64,000 nucleotides of DNA from a bacterium. GTDB taxonomy: Bacteria > JAHJDO01. The DNA lies in NCBI GenBank assembly GCA_030652805.1, contig JAUSPT010000032.1:109992-173991 (forward strand), read 5' to 3'. This document shows, piece by piece, positions 10,104 through 17,700 of the stretch (its first letter is position 1; the number at the start of each line of letters is the position of its first letter). Made by a program: the position numbers and the translations under genes. The notes under the pieces are model-generated. The model did not search any database. It had not been told where the DNA came from and saw nothing but the letters and a program-made list of their open reading frames with translations.

Positions 10104-10661
10104 CTATGACAGTATTAAGATCTTACCAATACTTAATTTGCTTCTTATCATATTGGAATTCATTTCCTTAGCTTTTAGTCCTATTTGTTCCACCTTGAGT
10201 ATTTGCGAACAAGTTTGAATATTATAGATAAATTGAACAAGCGAGGACATCTGAGCCTCGCATTCAACCTCAACAGCCAATTTTTTATATCCTTCATTTT
10301 CTCCTGAGGTATCAATGAATGACACAGGCTTCATATTTAAGATACTTACATGATTATTTCTTGCAGCAGATTCTATTTCGCGAAAAATTCTGGCTATCTC
10401 CTCTTCCTCAGACCCTTTCTGCTTCACTCTATCAGCATAAACCTCATACTCAGAGAAAACCTTTTTTCTGTTTTTTACAGCTCTAATATTCTTCATTAAA
10501 CTCATTCTCTTTATCTGAATTTCCTTATTCGCCTTTAACCATTTCTTAGCTATAGGTTCAAATATAAAATTATACAGTAATGCGCACGCAATAATCGCCG
10601 CACAAAGGTAAAAAACGCCCTTCTCTCTCTTTGAAAGTGCAGCCATGGATTTTATTAACAT
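10104..10661 (-). CDS. PilO/GspM-like inner-membrane assembly protein of the T2SS/T4P-like machine
   Basis: 185 aa with an N-terminal TM (VFYLCAAIIACALLY), a coiled region, then a ferredoxin-like C-terminus (KLAVEVECEAQMSSLVQFIYNIQ). Last gene of the pseudopilin operon. Confidence 0.65.
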   Translation of the reverse strand: MLIKSMAALSKREKGVFYLCAAIIACALLYNFIFEPIAKKWLKANKEIQIKRMSLMKNIRAVKNRKKVFSEYEVYADRVKQKGSEEEEIARIFREIESAARNNHVSILNMKPVSFIDTSGENEGYKKLAVEVECEAQMSSLVQFIYNIQTCSQILKVEQIGLKAKEMNSNMIRSKLSIGKILILS

Positions 10662-10666
10662 TATTT

Positions 10667-12265
10667 TTAGCTCTCTATTTCACATTGAATATAAAAATCT
10701 GCAACTTCCATATCGCGAAGTCTTCGCATGTTAGAAGACTTTAACTGAACATTCTTAAAGTAAGACGACTTTTCCAGTATGTCTATAAGGCCTAATGCAT
10801 CGGATAATGCCTTAGACTGCCCTTTTATTTTAAGAGTATTGTTGAGCTGGTAATCAAGGATTGATAGGGAAATAGTATCAGGAATTATCTTATGTAATTC
10901 ATACAGAATATCTAAACATGAGTTTTTAGTATCTATTTGTTTCTTTATAACACGCAGCCTGTTAGCGCGCTTATTAACTTCTTTAGCAATTGGATCAGTT
11001 TTCCCGATCTCTATATCCAGCCATTTTGATGTATTCTGTTTGTCATAGATGATTCTTGTAGAAATACCTAAAATAAGAAGTAATATACCCGCGCATTGAG
11101 AGGCTAAAACAAGATAATGTTTTCGCTTTTCTCTGACTTGCCTCTGCTTTTTTATTCCATCCGGTAAAACATTAAGCAGAACATTAGGAAAGTTTCTAAT
11201 CAAGCCTATAATTGAACACAAAGAAGTTTCATGTTGATTTGCAATAGAAAATTTTTCTTCCTGCAATGTTAAATTCTCTACAGGATTAAATATTTCCACA
11301 GGCATGTTAAAACTCTTGGACAAATTCTCCACCAGTTTATTATGAACTTTTCCACTTAGAAAAACACTTGTTATCTCTCTATTATCTTTCTTATAAGAAT
11401 TGAGAGATTTTGTTATTTCTTCTAAAAGGAATTCTTGTGTTCTGTTCTCAGATAGAGAAATATTCCTCGTATAAACTAATTTCCCATTAAATATCACTTG
11501 AATATCAACTGAGAACATATCTATATCAATAAGGGCAACTGGTTGATTTATCTCAGGATGTTCTTTGATAAAGGCAGAAGCTGTAGCTTGAGAACTTAAT
11601 TCAATATATTCTGGATTTAATTTCAGATTCCTTAATAACTCAAGCTGCTTGTTTATAACATCTTGATGGACAAGAACTAGCATTACCCTGGAATAGCCAT
11701 CTTTATTGCTTCCTATAACCTTAAAAGCTGTAACAAGTTCCTCCTTAGAATATGGAAGCTGCTTTTCAGCTTGAAATTGCACCATATGTGCTATTTCTCC
11801 TTCACTAATTGACGGCAGATTTAAATATCTGACTGTTACAAGACTTCTCGGAATACAAGCTATAACCTTTTTAGGCTTGATCATCAGATTATTGATTATA
11901 TGCTTAAGTTTCTCTTGCTTTTCATCATTGTTTTTAATCTCTTCTGTTAAAAGAGTTATAATTTTTATCCTGGATTTTCTCCACTCAGAAATACCCTGGA
12001 CAACCTTTATGCTATTTTGGCCTATTTCAATCCCTGTAATTACACGTGTGTTTATTAAATTAGACCATAGAGGATAGATTTCTGACCATAGCGTCTTAGC
12101 TTTTTTCTTCGTGTAAATCCGAAATTCGAATATCGAAATCCGAAACAAATTCAAAATTCTAATTTTAAAAATTCTAAACATTGTTTTGAGCATTTGGATT
12201 TTTGTTATTTGATATTGTTTCGTATTTTGTGCTTCGTGCTTCGAGTTTGATTTTTTAACTTTCAT
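10667..12265 (-). CDS. PilM-PilN fusion protein (functional GspL equivalent); start codon uncertain
   Basis: Actin-like PilM region (ITGIEIGQNSIKVV, ALIDIDMFSVDIQVI), a TM segment (YLVLASQCAGILLLILGI), then a PilN-like periplasmic part. The first ~70 codons translate word repeats (FRIFKIRILNLFRISIFEFRIY) and are probably not coding. Confidence 0.75.
   Translation of the reverse strand: MKVKKSNSKHEAQNTKQYQITKIQMLKTMFRIFKIRILNLFRISIFEFRIYTKKKAKTLWSEIYPLWSNLINTRVITGIEIGQNSIKVVQGISEWRKSRIKIITLLTEEIKNNDEKQEKLKHIINNLMIKPKKVIACIPRSLVTVRYLNLPSISEGEIAHMVQFQAEKQLPYSKEELVTAFKVIGSNKDGYSRVMLVLVHQDVINKQLELLRNLKLNPEYIELSSQATASAFIKEHPEINQPVALIDIDMFSVDIQVIFNGKLVYTRNISLSENRTQEFLLEEITKSLNSYKKDNREITSVFLSGKVHNKLVENLSKSFNMPVEIFNPVENLTLQEEKFSIANQHETSLCSIIGLIRNFPNVLLNVLPDGIKKQRQVREKRKHYLVLASQCAGILLLILGISTRIIYDKQNTSKWLDIEIGKTDPIAKEVNKRANRLRVIKKQIDTKNSCLDILYELHKIIPDTISLSILDYQLNNTLKIKGQSKALSDALGLIDILEKSSYFKNVQLKSSNMRRLRDMEVADFYIQCEIES
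12114..12242. repeat. Cluster of short direct 'word' repeats at the gspK/pilMN junction
   Basis: AAATCCGAAA at 12115 and 12136. AAAATTCTA at 12153 and 12168. Tandem heptamer GTGCTTC at 12229 and 12236. Contains the ATTCGAAT palindrome. Confidence 0.7.
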
Positions 12266-13265
12266 GCCAGTATTCTATCTTTATATTATTATCTTCTTCT
12301 CTTTGTAAAACAACATCCACTTTTTTTGCAAGCTTACTATTATTTAACACACTTGTCACATTTGCTGTAAAAACACTTGAACATACTGTTAAATATTCTG
12401 TTTGTATGAGAGCAGTTAATATTTGCCTTTGTTCAGATGTTAATTGTTGATAATTATTTAAATTCGGGATAATACTCTCAAGTGTCTTGAAAGAATATAA
12501 ATCCTCCTCTCCGCCATCCTGCCCTCTGTAGTCCAAGATTTGCTGCGTGAGCGTATCATCCATTCCCAAAGCAGCAAAGACTTCCTTTCCAGCAGTGTTT
12601 ATATTAATCTTCCCATCTCCATAAATTGTGATATATGGTTTTAGCTTTTTAAATATCTCAGCCGTAATTCCCCTTATCAAATACATCTCCTCTAAACACT
12701 CAATTAAATCGTTTTTACAATTATAAGGTACACTTAACCCCTGATAGAAATCTTCTTCTCCATCTCCTAAAGAATCTGAATCAAGCCAGTCAACAATATA
12801 GTCTGCAATTACTGTATCTATATCAACTATCTCAAGAAGTTTTTTTATCTGGCTTAATCTAACTCCATCAACAACACCGTCTTTGACAAGTTTGTTAATA
12901 TTAAGCCTTCTCTCCTCGTCAATCATCCCATATACGCTAGTCATGTCTTTATTATCATCTTCAATCTGATAACTAACTGTAAATGTGCCATCTCCTACAC
13001 CTGCATTCTTAAATGCTTCTGGATTATTACTCCATGAATCATTAAGAGAGTCGTATATATATTCTTCCTCTGCTTTATCTCTATTTAGTTCATAACAGGC
13101 TCTCTTGATACCTGCCTTACATATATATAAGTTCTTGAGACTGCTGATATGATACTCAGTAAGCTTTATACCAACAGCTGTGTGATGGGCAAAACTAATT
13201 GCTAAAAGAGAAAGAATAGCTAAAATCCACAAGGTTATGATTAGGATAGAACCACGCCTATTCAT
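12255..13265 (-). CDS. gspK: GspK-like minor pseudopilin
   Basis: The N-terminus RGSILIITLWILAILSLLAI lacks the +5 Glu, as expected for GspK. HhH-like ININTAGKEVFAALG near the C-terminus. 336 aa. Sits after the J-like gene. Confidence 0.8.
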   Translation of the reverse strand: MNRRGSILIITLWILAILSLLAISFAHHTAVGIKLTEYHISSLKNLYICKAGIKRACYELNRDKAEEEYIYDSLNDSWSNNPEAFKNAGVGDGTFTVSYQIEDDNKDMTSVYGMIDEERRLNINKLVKDGVVDGVRLSQIKKLLEIVDIDTVIADYIVDWLDSDSLGDGEEDFYQGLSVPYNCKNDLIECLEEMYLIRGITAEIFKKLKPYITIYGDGKININTAGKEVFAALGMDDTLTQQILDYRGQDGGEEDLYSFKTLESIIPNLNNYQQLTSEQRQILTALIQTEYLTVCSSVFTANVTSVLNNSKLAKKVDVVLQREEDNNIKIEYWHES

Positions 13266-13818
13266 ACGTTATCCCTGTATCAAATATTGGAATTTCTGTT
13301 ATTGCCTCAAGAATATTATCCTCTTTACTCCTAATTGACAATTTCACTGCATATGGCAGGCTGCCTTCTTCCCATGAATCTTTCCATTCTTTCTCTACAT
13401 CACAATAAGAAAAAATTAGTTCTTGAATGCCAGAAACCAGCTCCCTTTTCTTGTTTTGTCCTCTTAAACTCTCAGGATATGTCTGGGCATCTCTCATTAT
13501 GTTACCGCTATCCAAATAATAGCTAACTTTATAGATCTGAGTTATTAGATCCTTATCTTGATACACATCCCTTATCACGGGCATTGAAATATTGTGCTTT
13601 TCTCCCTCAAACTTAATCTCAGAAAACCTAGTCACGTTTCTCAGGTCTTTTGTCATCCTATTAAGTGCCATTTGCGAAGATTCAGGGAAACGTGTTTTCG
13701 CATCACCTTCATTCCATACCTTGATGCCTGAATACAAAGTGCTGTATACTGCGCTGACAATTACAGCAAAAATCAGAATTGCAATTAACAATTCCAATAA
13801 TGTGAACCCTTTTCTCAT
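13258..13818 (-). CDS. GspJ-like minor pseudopilin (prepilin-type N-terminal cleavage/methylation domain)
   Basis: MRKG/FTLLELLIAILIF with Glu at +5. 186 aa. Confidence 0.8.
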   Translation of the reverse strand: MRKGFTLLELLIAILIFAVIVSAVYSTLYSGIKVWNEGDAKTRFPESSQMALNRMTKDLRNVTRFSEIKFEGEKHNISMPVIRDVYQDKDLITQIYKVSYYLDSGNIMRDAQTYPESLRGQNKKRELVSGIQELIFSYCDVEKEWKDSWEEGSLPYAVKLSIRSKEDNILEAITEIPIFDTGITYE

Positions 13819-14165
13819 TCTTCAGTCTCTCTTTCAAGATACGTCACCAGAGTTAATTTCTTTTCAATATTATTCTGATCCCATGACACGCTCAATACGG
13901 CTTCACTCAGGTCAGTATCTTCAATAACATTTGTATCCAGTTTCCATCTGTATTTCTCATCTTCTCCATGTGTATCTTCTAATCCATTTTCTATATCCCA
14001 CATCTTTCTTTCTAAATAAAAGCCGGCATCTACGTAATTTACAATTGCTCTTGTCCCATTCAAACAGCTAACAAATGAATGTATGATGATTACTAAACCA
14101 AGAGATAAAACAGCTACTGTTATCATTACCTCAAAAAGAAGAAAACCCTTTGAATATCTTGACAT
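13815..14165 (-). CDS. GspI-like minor pseudopilin
   Basis: SKG/FLLFEVMITVAVL with Glu at +5. 116 aa. Confidence 0.75.
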   Translation of the reverse strand: MSRYSKGFLLFEVMITVAVLSLGLVIIIHSFVSCLNGTRAIVNYVDAGFYLERKMWDIENGLEDTHGEDEKYRWKLDTNVIEDTDLSEAVLSVSWDQNNIEKKLTLVTYLERETEE

Positions 14166-14610
14166 AACCTGTGGTCTCTTTATTGGTTAAAGTATAAACT
14201 TCGCCATCTGCGCCTGATAAATGTATTGTTAATTCATCAGCTCTTCCATCTTGATAAAATACTGCATACGGTTTAGCACACTCCAGAAGTATGTTGGTGG
14301 AGAACCTCCTTTTTCTACCAAGCTTGTTATTTAGTGCAATAAATTTTTCTGGATTTAAGGGGTCTTTTGCTACACTGACCCAGTATTCTTTATTATTAAC
14401 ATCAAAATCTATCCTGTGAATTACCTGCTCCATAATTGCTCTCTCCTGCACATACTTAGTGAGCTTCGATATATCCCGACACAGGTTCCTAACCTGCAAA
14501 TTATCAAAAGTATGTCTAAACAAAGGAGTAGATATTGCTGTAAGGATACTGAGTATGCTAATAACTAGAATCAACTCAATAAAGGTAAACCCTTTCTCCC
14601 GCATCTTCAT
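14131..14610 (-). CDS. GspH-like minor pseudopilin
   Basis: MKMREKG/FTFIELILVISIL. I place the start at 14610 because ATGA overlaps the gspG stop (14607-14609). The track ORF extends to 14634. Confidence 0.78.
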   Translation of the reverse strand: MKMREKGFTFIELILVISILSILTAISTPLFRHTFDNLQVRNLCRDISKLTKYVQERAIMEQVIHRIDFDVNNKEYWVSVAKDPLNPEKFIALNNKLGRKRRFSTNILLECAKPYAVFYQDGRADELTIHLSGADGEVYTLTNKETTGYVKIFKGFSSF

Positions 14611-15017
14611 TCGTTTGACGCACTCTCTTCCCAATTAGTAATATCATCCCCTCCGCCAACTACTCCGTCCGGTCCACAGGAGAAGAGGTCATAATCATCG
14701 CCATGCTCTCCAGGACACTTGTACTGATATGAACTACCCCATGGATCCGCTGGCATTTTTTTCTTAATATAAGGTCCCTTCCATGTCTCAAGCTCTGAAG
14801 GTTTCTCACGTAATGCATTAAGCCCCTCTTCAGACGTAGGATATCTACCATTATCCAGTTCAAATAGCTCCAAGGCTACTGCAATATTTGCTTCAATATC
14901 TGCCTTCGCCGCTATAATCTTTGCCTGTTTGGACCTGCCTGCAAACCTTGGAGCCACCATTGCAATAAGCACACCAATAATAATAACAACAAGCATAAGC
15001 TCTATCAGAGTGAAACC

Positions 15018-15032
15018 ATGTATTTTCTGTGC
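15018..15032. repeat. Left inverted repeat of the IS (terminal)
   Basis: atgtattttctgtgc matches the reverse complement of 16419-16432 (atgattttctatgc): 13 matches, 1 mismatch, 1 indel. Confidence 0.6.
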
Positions 15033-15092
15033 TAGGATTGAAGAACGAAAACGATAAACAGGTAATTTAACCTTAAAACAGGAGGAAAAGGA

Positions 15093-16181
15093 ATGGATAC
15101 AATTACGTATGCTGGTGTGGATCTTCATAAAGATTCGATGACTATTGCTGTAACTAATTCTCTTTCTAACGACCCTTACAACGAAGCGAAGATTACTAAA
15201 ATTCACTGTAAATGCGTTAACAAAGTCTCTGCCTTTTTTGCTGATCTTCCTCATCCATGTACAGTTGCTGTTGAGGCTGTTGGCTTCTACCACTGGTTCT
15301 GGGATCTGGTCAGTCCTCTTGCCTCTGATATCTATCTCCTGAATGCTGTTGAAGTCAGACGTTACGCAGGCAGGGACCCTAAGACTGACTCCAGAGATGC
15401 CAGACTTATTGCGCGGCTTCTTGCTTCCAACGAAATTACTCATAATAGCAAGCTCTCTGTCTTTGTCCCCGACAATAACCTCAGACCTATCAGAGAACTT
15501 GCTCGCCATCGTCATCAAACTGCCCGTTCCCTTGCTTGCTCTAAAAATAGATTCAGACGTATCACTCTCAAAGAAAACCTTCCAGGACCAAAAACTCTTG
15601 ACGCTCATCATGCTCTTCGCTGGATCAGAGGCTTTGAAAACAAAACTTCTGATATCCATAAATTTCAGCTTAGACAGCTTACTGATCAAATAATTTCTTT
15701 TGAAAGAGATGTATCTGATATTGAAAGACAAATCCTTGACCTTACTAATAAAGCTGGTTATCAACCTCTTATGAAACTCCTTCAAACAATCCCAGGTATT
15801 GGTGATGTAGTTGCGTATACTATTATTGCAGAGATCGGCGATTTCTCCAGATTTCAAACTGCTGGACAAATCGCCTCTTTTGCAGGTCTTACTCCCAGAG
15901 TCTTTCAAAGTGGTGATTCCTGCAGGCATGGCAGTATTAATAAACAAGGACCTCCTAATCTTAGATGGGTTCTTCAGCAATCTGCATGGGTGGCTATTAG
16001 ACACAGCGAATTTATTAGAAAAATATTTAATAAAATTAGCAGGAAAGCCGGTAAGAAAAAGGCCGCTTGCGCTATTGCCAGAAAAATTCTTGTCTGGAGC
16101 TGGGCTATGGCTAAGAACAATACGGCTTTTAATAAAGACTTTATTAATAAAGATAAAGAAAAAACGGAAAGGGCAGCTTAA
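15093..16181 (+). CDS. IS110-family DEDD transposase/recombinase
   Basis: The N-terminus YAGVDLHKDSMTIAV is the DEDD_Tnp_IS110 type. The C-terminus LLQTIPGIGDVVAYTIIAEIGDFSRFQTAGQIASFAGLTPRVFQSGDS..GSINKQGPPNLRWVL is the Transposase_20 type. RBS aggagg 8 nt upstream. Confidence 0.92.
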   Translation: MDTITYAGVDLHKDSMTIAVTNSLSNDPYNEAKITKIHCKCVNKVSAFFADLPHPCTVAVEAVGFYHWFWDLVSPLASDIYLLNAVEVRRYAGRDPKTDSRDARLIARLLASNEITHNSKLSVFVPDNNLRPIRELARHRHQTARSLACSKNRFRRITLKENLPGPKTLDAHHALRWIRGFENKTSDIHKFQLRQLTDQIISFERDVSDIERQILDLTNKAGYQPLMKLLQTIPGIGDVVAYTIIAEIGDFSRFQTAGQIASFAGLTPRVFQSGDSCRHGSINKQGPPNLRWVLQQSAWVAIRHSEFIRKIFNKISRKAGKKKAACAIARKILVWSWAMAKNNTAFNKDFINKDKEKTERAA

Positions 16182-16442
16182 TAATGAAAATATTTCATAC
16201 TCTCTAGGATTACACCTGCAGCAGTGACCTTGAATTCGTTTATGAGTAAAAGGCTCAAGCCGTAAAGCTCGATAGCGTGAATAAGGCCTGCTGCAGGCGT
16301 ATTTGTTCTCGTGCGGCTCTTGACCGCGAATAGTTGATTGCGACCTTTGAGAGGTTTTGAGAATATGAAATACTACATTAAAAAGCTGTGAAATTGTTAT
16401 GTGAAAGTTTTTAAATACGCATAGAAAATCATAGTTAAACCC
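16182..16442 (+). ncRNA. Candidate IS-encoded guide RNA (bridge RNA / seekRNA) in the 3' non-coding end
   Basis: 261 nt of non-coding DNA lie after the transposase, against 75 nt before it. Long-range helix CCTGCAGCAG (16215-24) / CTGCTGCAGG (16288-97). GTGAAA occurs at 16388 and 16401, and GTGAAAgTTTTT resembles the target GTGAAAccTTTTTTT. Not folded or aligned. Confidence 0.3.
16419..16432. repeat. Right inverted repeat of the IS (subterminal, 8 nt from the CC core)
   Basis: gcatagaaaatcat is the reverse-complement partner of 15018-15032. Subterminal IRs are a described trait of the IS1111 subgroup. Confidence 0.6.
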
Positions 16443-16486
16443 TTTTTTTGACATTTGAACTTTGATTTTTGACATTTATTTTCCTC

Positions 16487-17698
16487 CTAGTGTATTAAAA
16501 TATTTATTTGAAATATTGGTAAAAGCATACTTATTACTATAAACCCTACAATAGACCCCATAATAAGGATCATTGCAGGTTCCAGTAATGAAGTTAAGGT
16601 CTTTGTTGCTCTATCAACCTGGCGAGCATATGTATCAGATATTTTCAATAAAGACTTCTCTAATGCCCCACCTTCCTCTCCAACAGCAATCATGTTTGTT
16701 GCAAAAACAGGAATCCACAGTCCTCTCCCAAGGCTGGCTGCAAGTTTATTGCCTTCTGAGACATCTTTAGCAGCTCTTTCTATCTCTCCGGATATAGCCC
16801 TATTAGTAATAGTATTCTTTACTATGTTCAGAGACTGCAGAATCGGTACTCCATTTTCAAGTAGGGTTGCAAGAGTTCTAGAAAAACGGCTTACTTCAAC
16901 CTTTTGAATAAGCTTACCGACCAGAGGAATTGCAAGCTTCCACCTGTCAATTACGAGACCTCCTTCTTTTGTATTCTTTAACCGTTTAAAAAGAATTATA
17001 ATTAGGAATATAACCGCGACGGGCACCCACCAGAATTCAACAATGAAATTACTTGAAGACACTAAAATCTGGGTTGGTAAAGGCAGTCTTTGTCCCATAT
17101 CTTCAAACATAACCACCAATTTAGGAATTACAAATGTCAAAAGCACTATAATCGTGCCTATTCCGGCAAAAAACATAAGTATAGGATAGGTGAGAGCCGC
17201 TTTTATCTTTGATTTTATTTCCTCTTCGCTCTCATAAAAATCCGCAAGTCTCAATAGAACGCTCTCTAATATCCCCCCTGTCTCGCCGGAAGCAACCATA
17301 TTAACATAAAGTGGAGAAAAGAGCTTTGGATATTGATCTAAGGATTCAGATAAGCTCTTGCCATCCTTAATATCAGTGTATATTTCATCCAGAACGGCGC
17401 TGAGAAGCGTATTGTCTGCTTGTTTAGATAATATGGCTATCGATTCTAAGAGAGGAACCCCAGCATCCAATAAATCTGATAATTGTCTGGTGAATAAACT
17501 AATATGCTTTAAACCGATACGCTGAAAAATTCCAAGGCTGGACTTAAAGCCTTTTTTCTCTTTACCTGCACCTATAGACAAGACAAAATAGCCCATTTTA
17601 TCCAGTCTGCTTAATGCAATGTCCTGATTTTCTGCTTCAATGACTCCTGATATTATTTTTTTAGGACCATGTTTCGCTTTGTATGAGAAAACAGGCAT
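16487..17698 (-). CDS. gspF: Type II secretion / type IV pilus platform protein GspF/PilC
   Basis: 403 aa, duplicated T2SSF domains (SLFTRQLSDLLDAGVPLLESI and FSRTLATLLENGVPILQSL), three TM segments. Confidence 0.92.
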   Translation of the reverse strand: MPVFSYKAKHGPKKIISGVIEAENQDIALSRLDKMGYFVLSIGAGKEKKGFKSSLGIFQRIGLKHISLFTRQLSDLLDAGVPLLESIAILSKQADNTLLSAVLDEIYTDIKDGKSLSESLDQYPKLFSPLYVNMVASGETGGILESVLLRLADFYESEEEIKSKIKAALTYPILMFFAGIGTIIVLLTFVIPKLVVMFEDMGQRLPLPTQILVSSSNFIVEFWWVPVAVIFLIIILFKRLKNTKEGGLVIDRWKLAIPLVGKLIQKVEVSRFSRTLATLLENGVPILQSLNIVKNTITNRAISGEIERAAKDVSEGNKLAASLGRGLWIPVFATNMIAVGEEGGALEKSLLKISDTYARQVDRATKTLTSLLEPAMILIMGSIVGFIVISMLLPIFQINILIH

Positions 17699-17700
17699 CG

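Larger units (their letters stand above)
15018..16442 (+). mobile_element. IS110-family (IS1111-like) insertion sequence, 1425 bp including one copy of the flanking CC
   Basis: Removing 15018-16442 restores atgtcaaaaaaaggtttcactctg (MSKKGFTL). CC flanks both sides (15016-17, 16441-42). It carries a DEDD transposase, one terminal and one subterminal imperfect inverted repeat, and a long 3' non-coding end. Confidence 0.85.
14607..16475 (-). pseudogene. gspG: Major pseudopilin gene gspG interrupted by an IS. Leader exon is 16443-16475, mature part is 14607-15017.
   Basis: RBS taGGAGGaaaataaATG at 16475 precedes MSKIKVQMSKKGF. After 1425 bp of foreign sequence, G/FTLIELMLVVIIIGVLIAMVAPRF...GPYIKK..DPWG..Y.Y (classical GspG) resumes. 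The track reports the whole as one 622-aa ORF. Confidence 0.9.

Noticed and set aside
12114-12242. CRISPR array or other spaced-repeat locus (also considered for 32936-32972 and 23047-23104)
   Set aside because: The repeat units are only 7-18 nt. There are 2-4 copies, no regular repeat-spacer periodicity of 60-70 bp, and no cas genes in the window.
15343-16227. Two + strand ORFs (116 aa and 138 aa) inside the IS as additional IS genes
   Set aside because: They lie in alternative frames fully inside the transposase gene and have no start context. They are explained by the generally low stop-codon density of this T3-biased sequence.
14607-16475. The 622-aa ORF taken at face value as one native hypothetical protein
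   Set aside because: Only the first 13 and the last ~137 residues look like a pseudopilin. The middle 475 residues are the antisense of an IS110-family transposase and its non-coding ends, and read as low-information sequence. The ORF is a composite created by the insertion. Its being open is itself reported as a finding.
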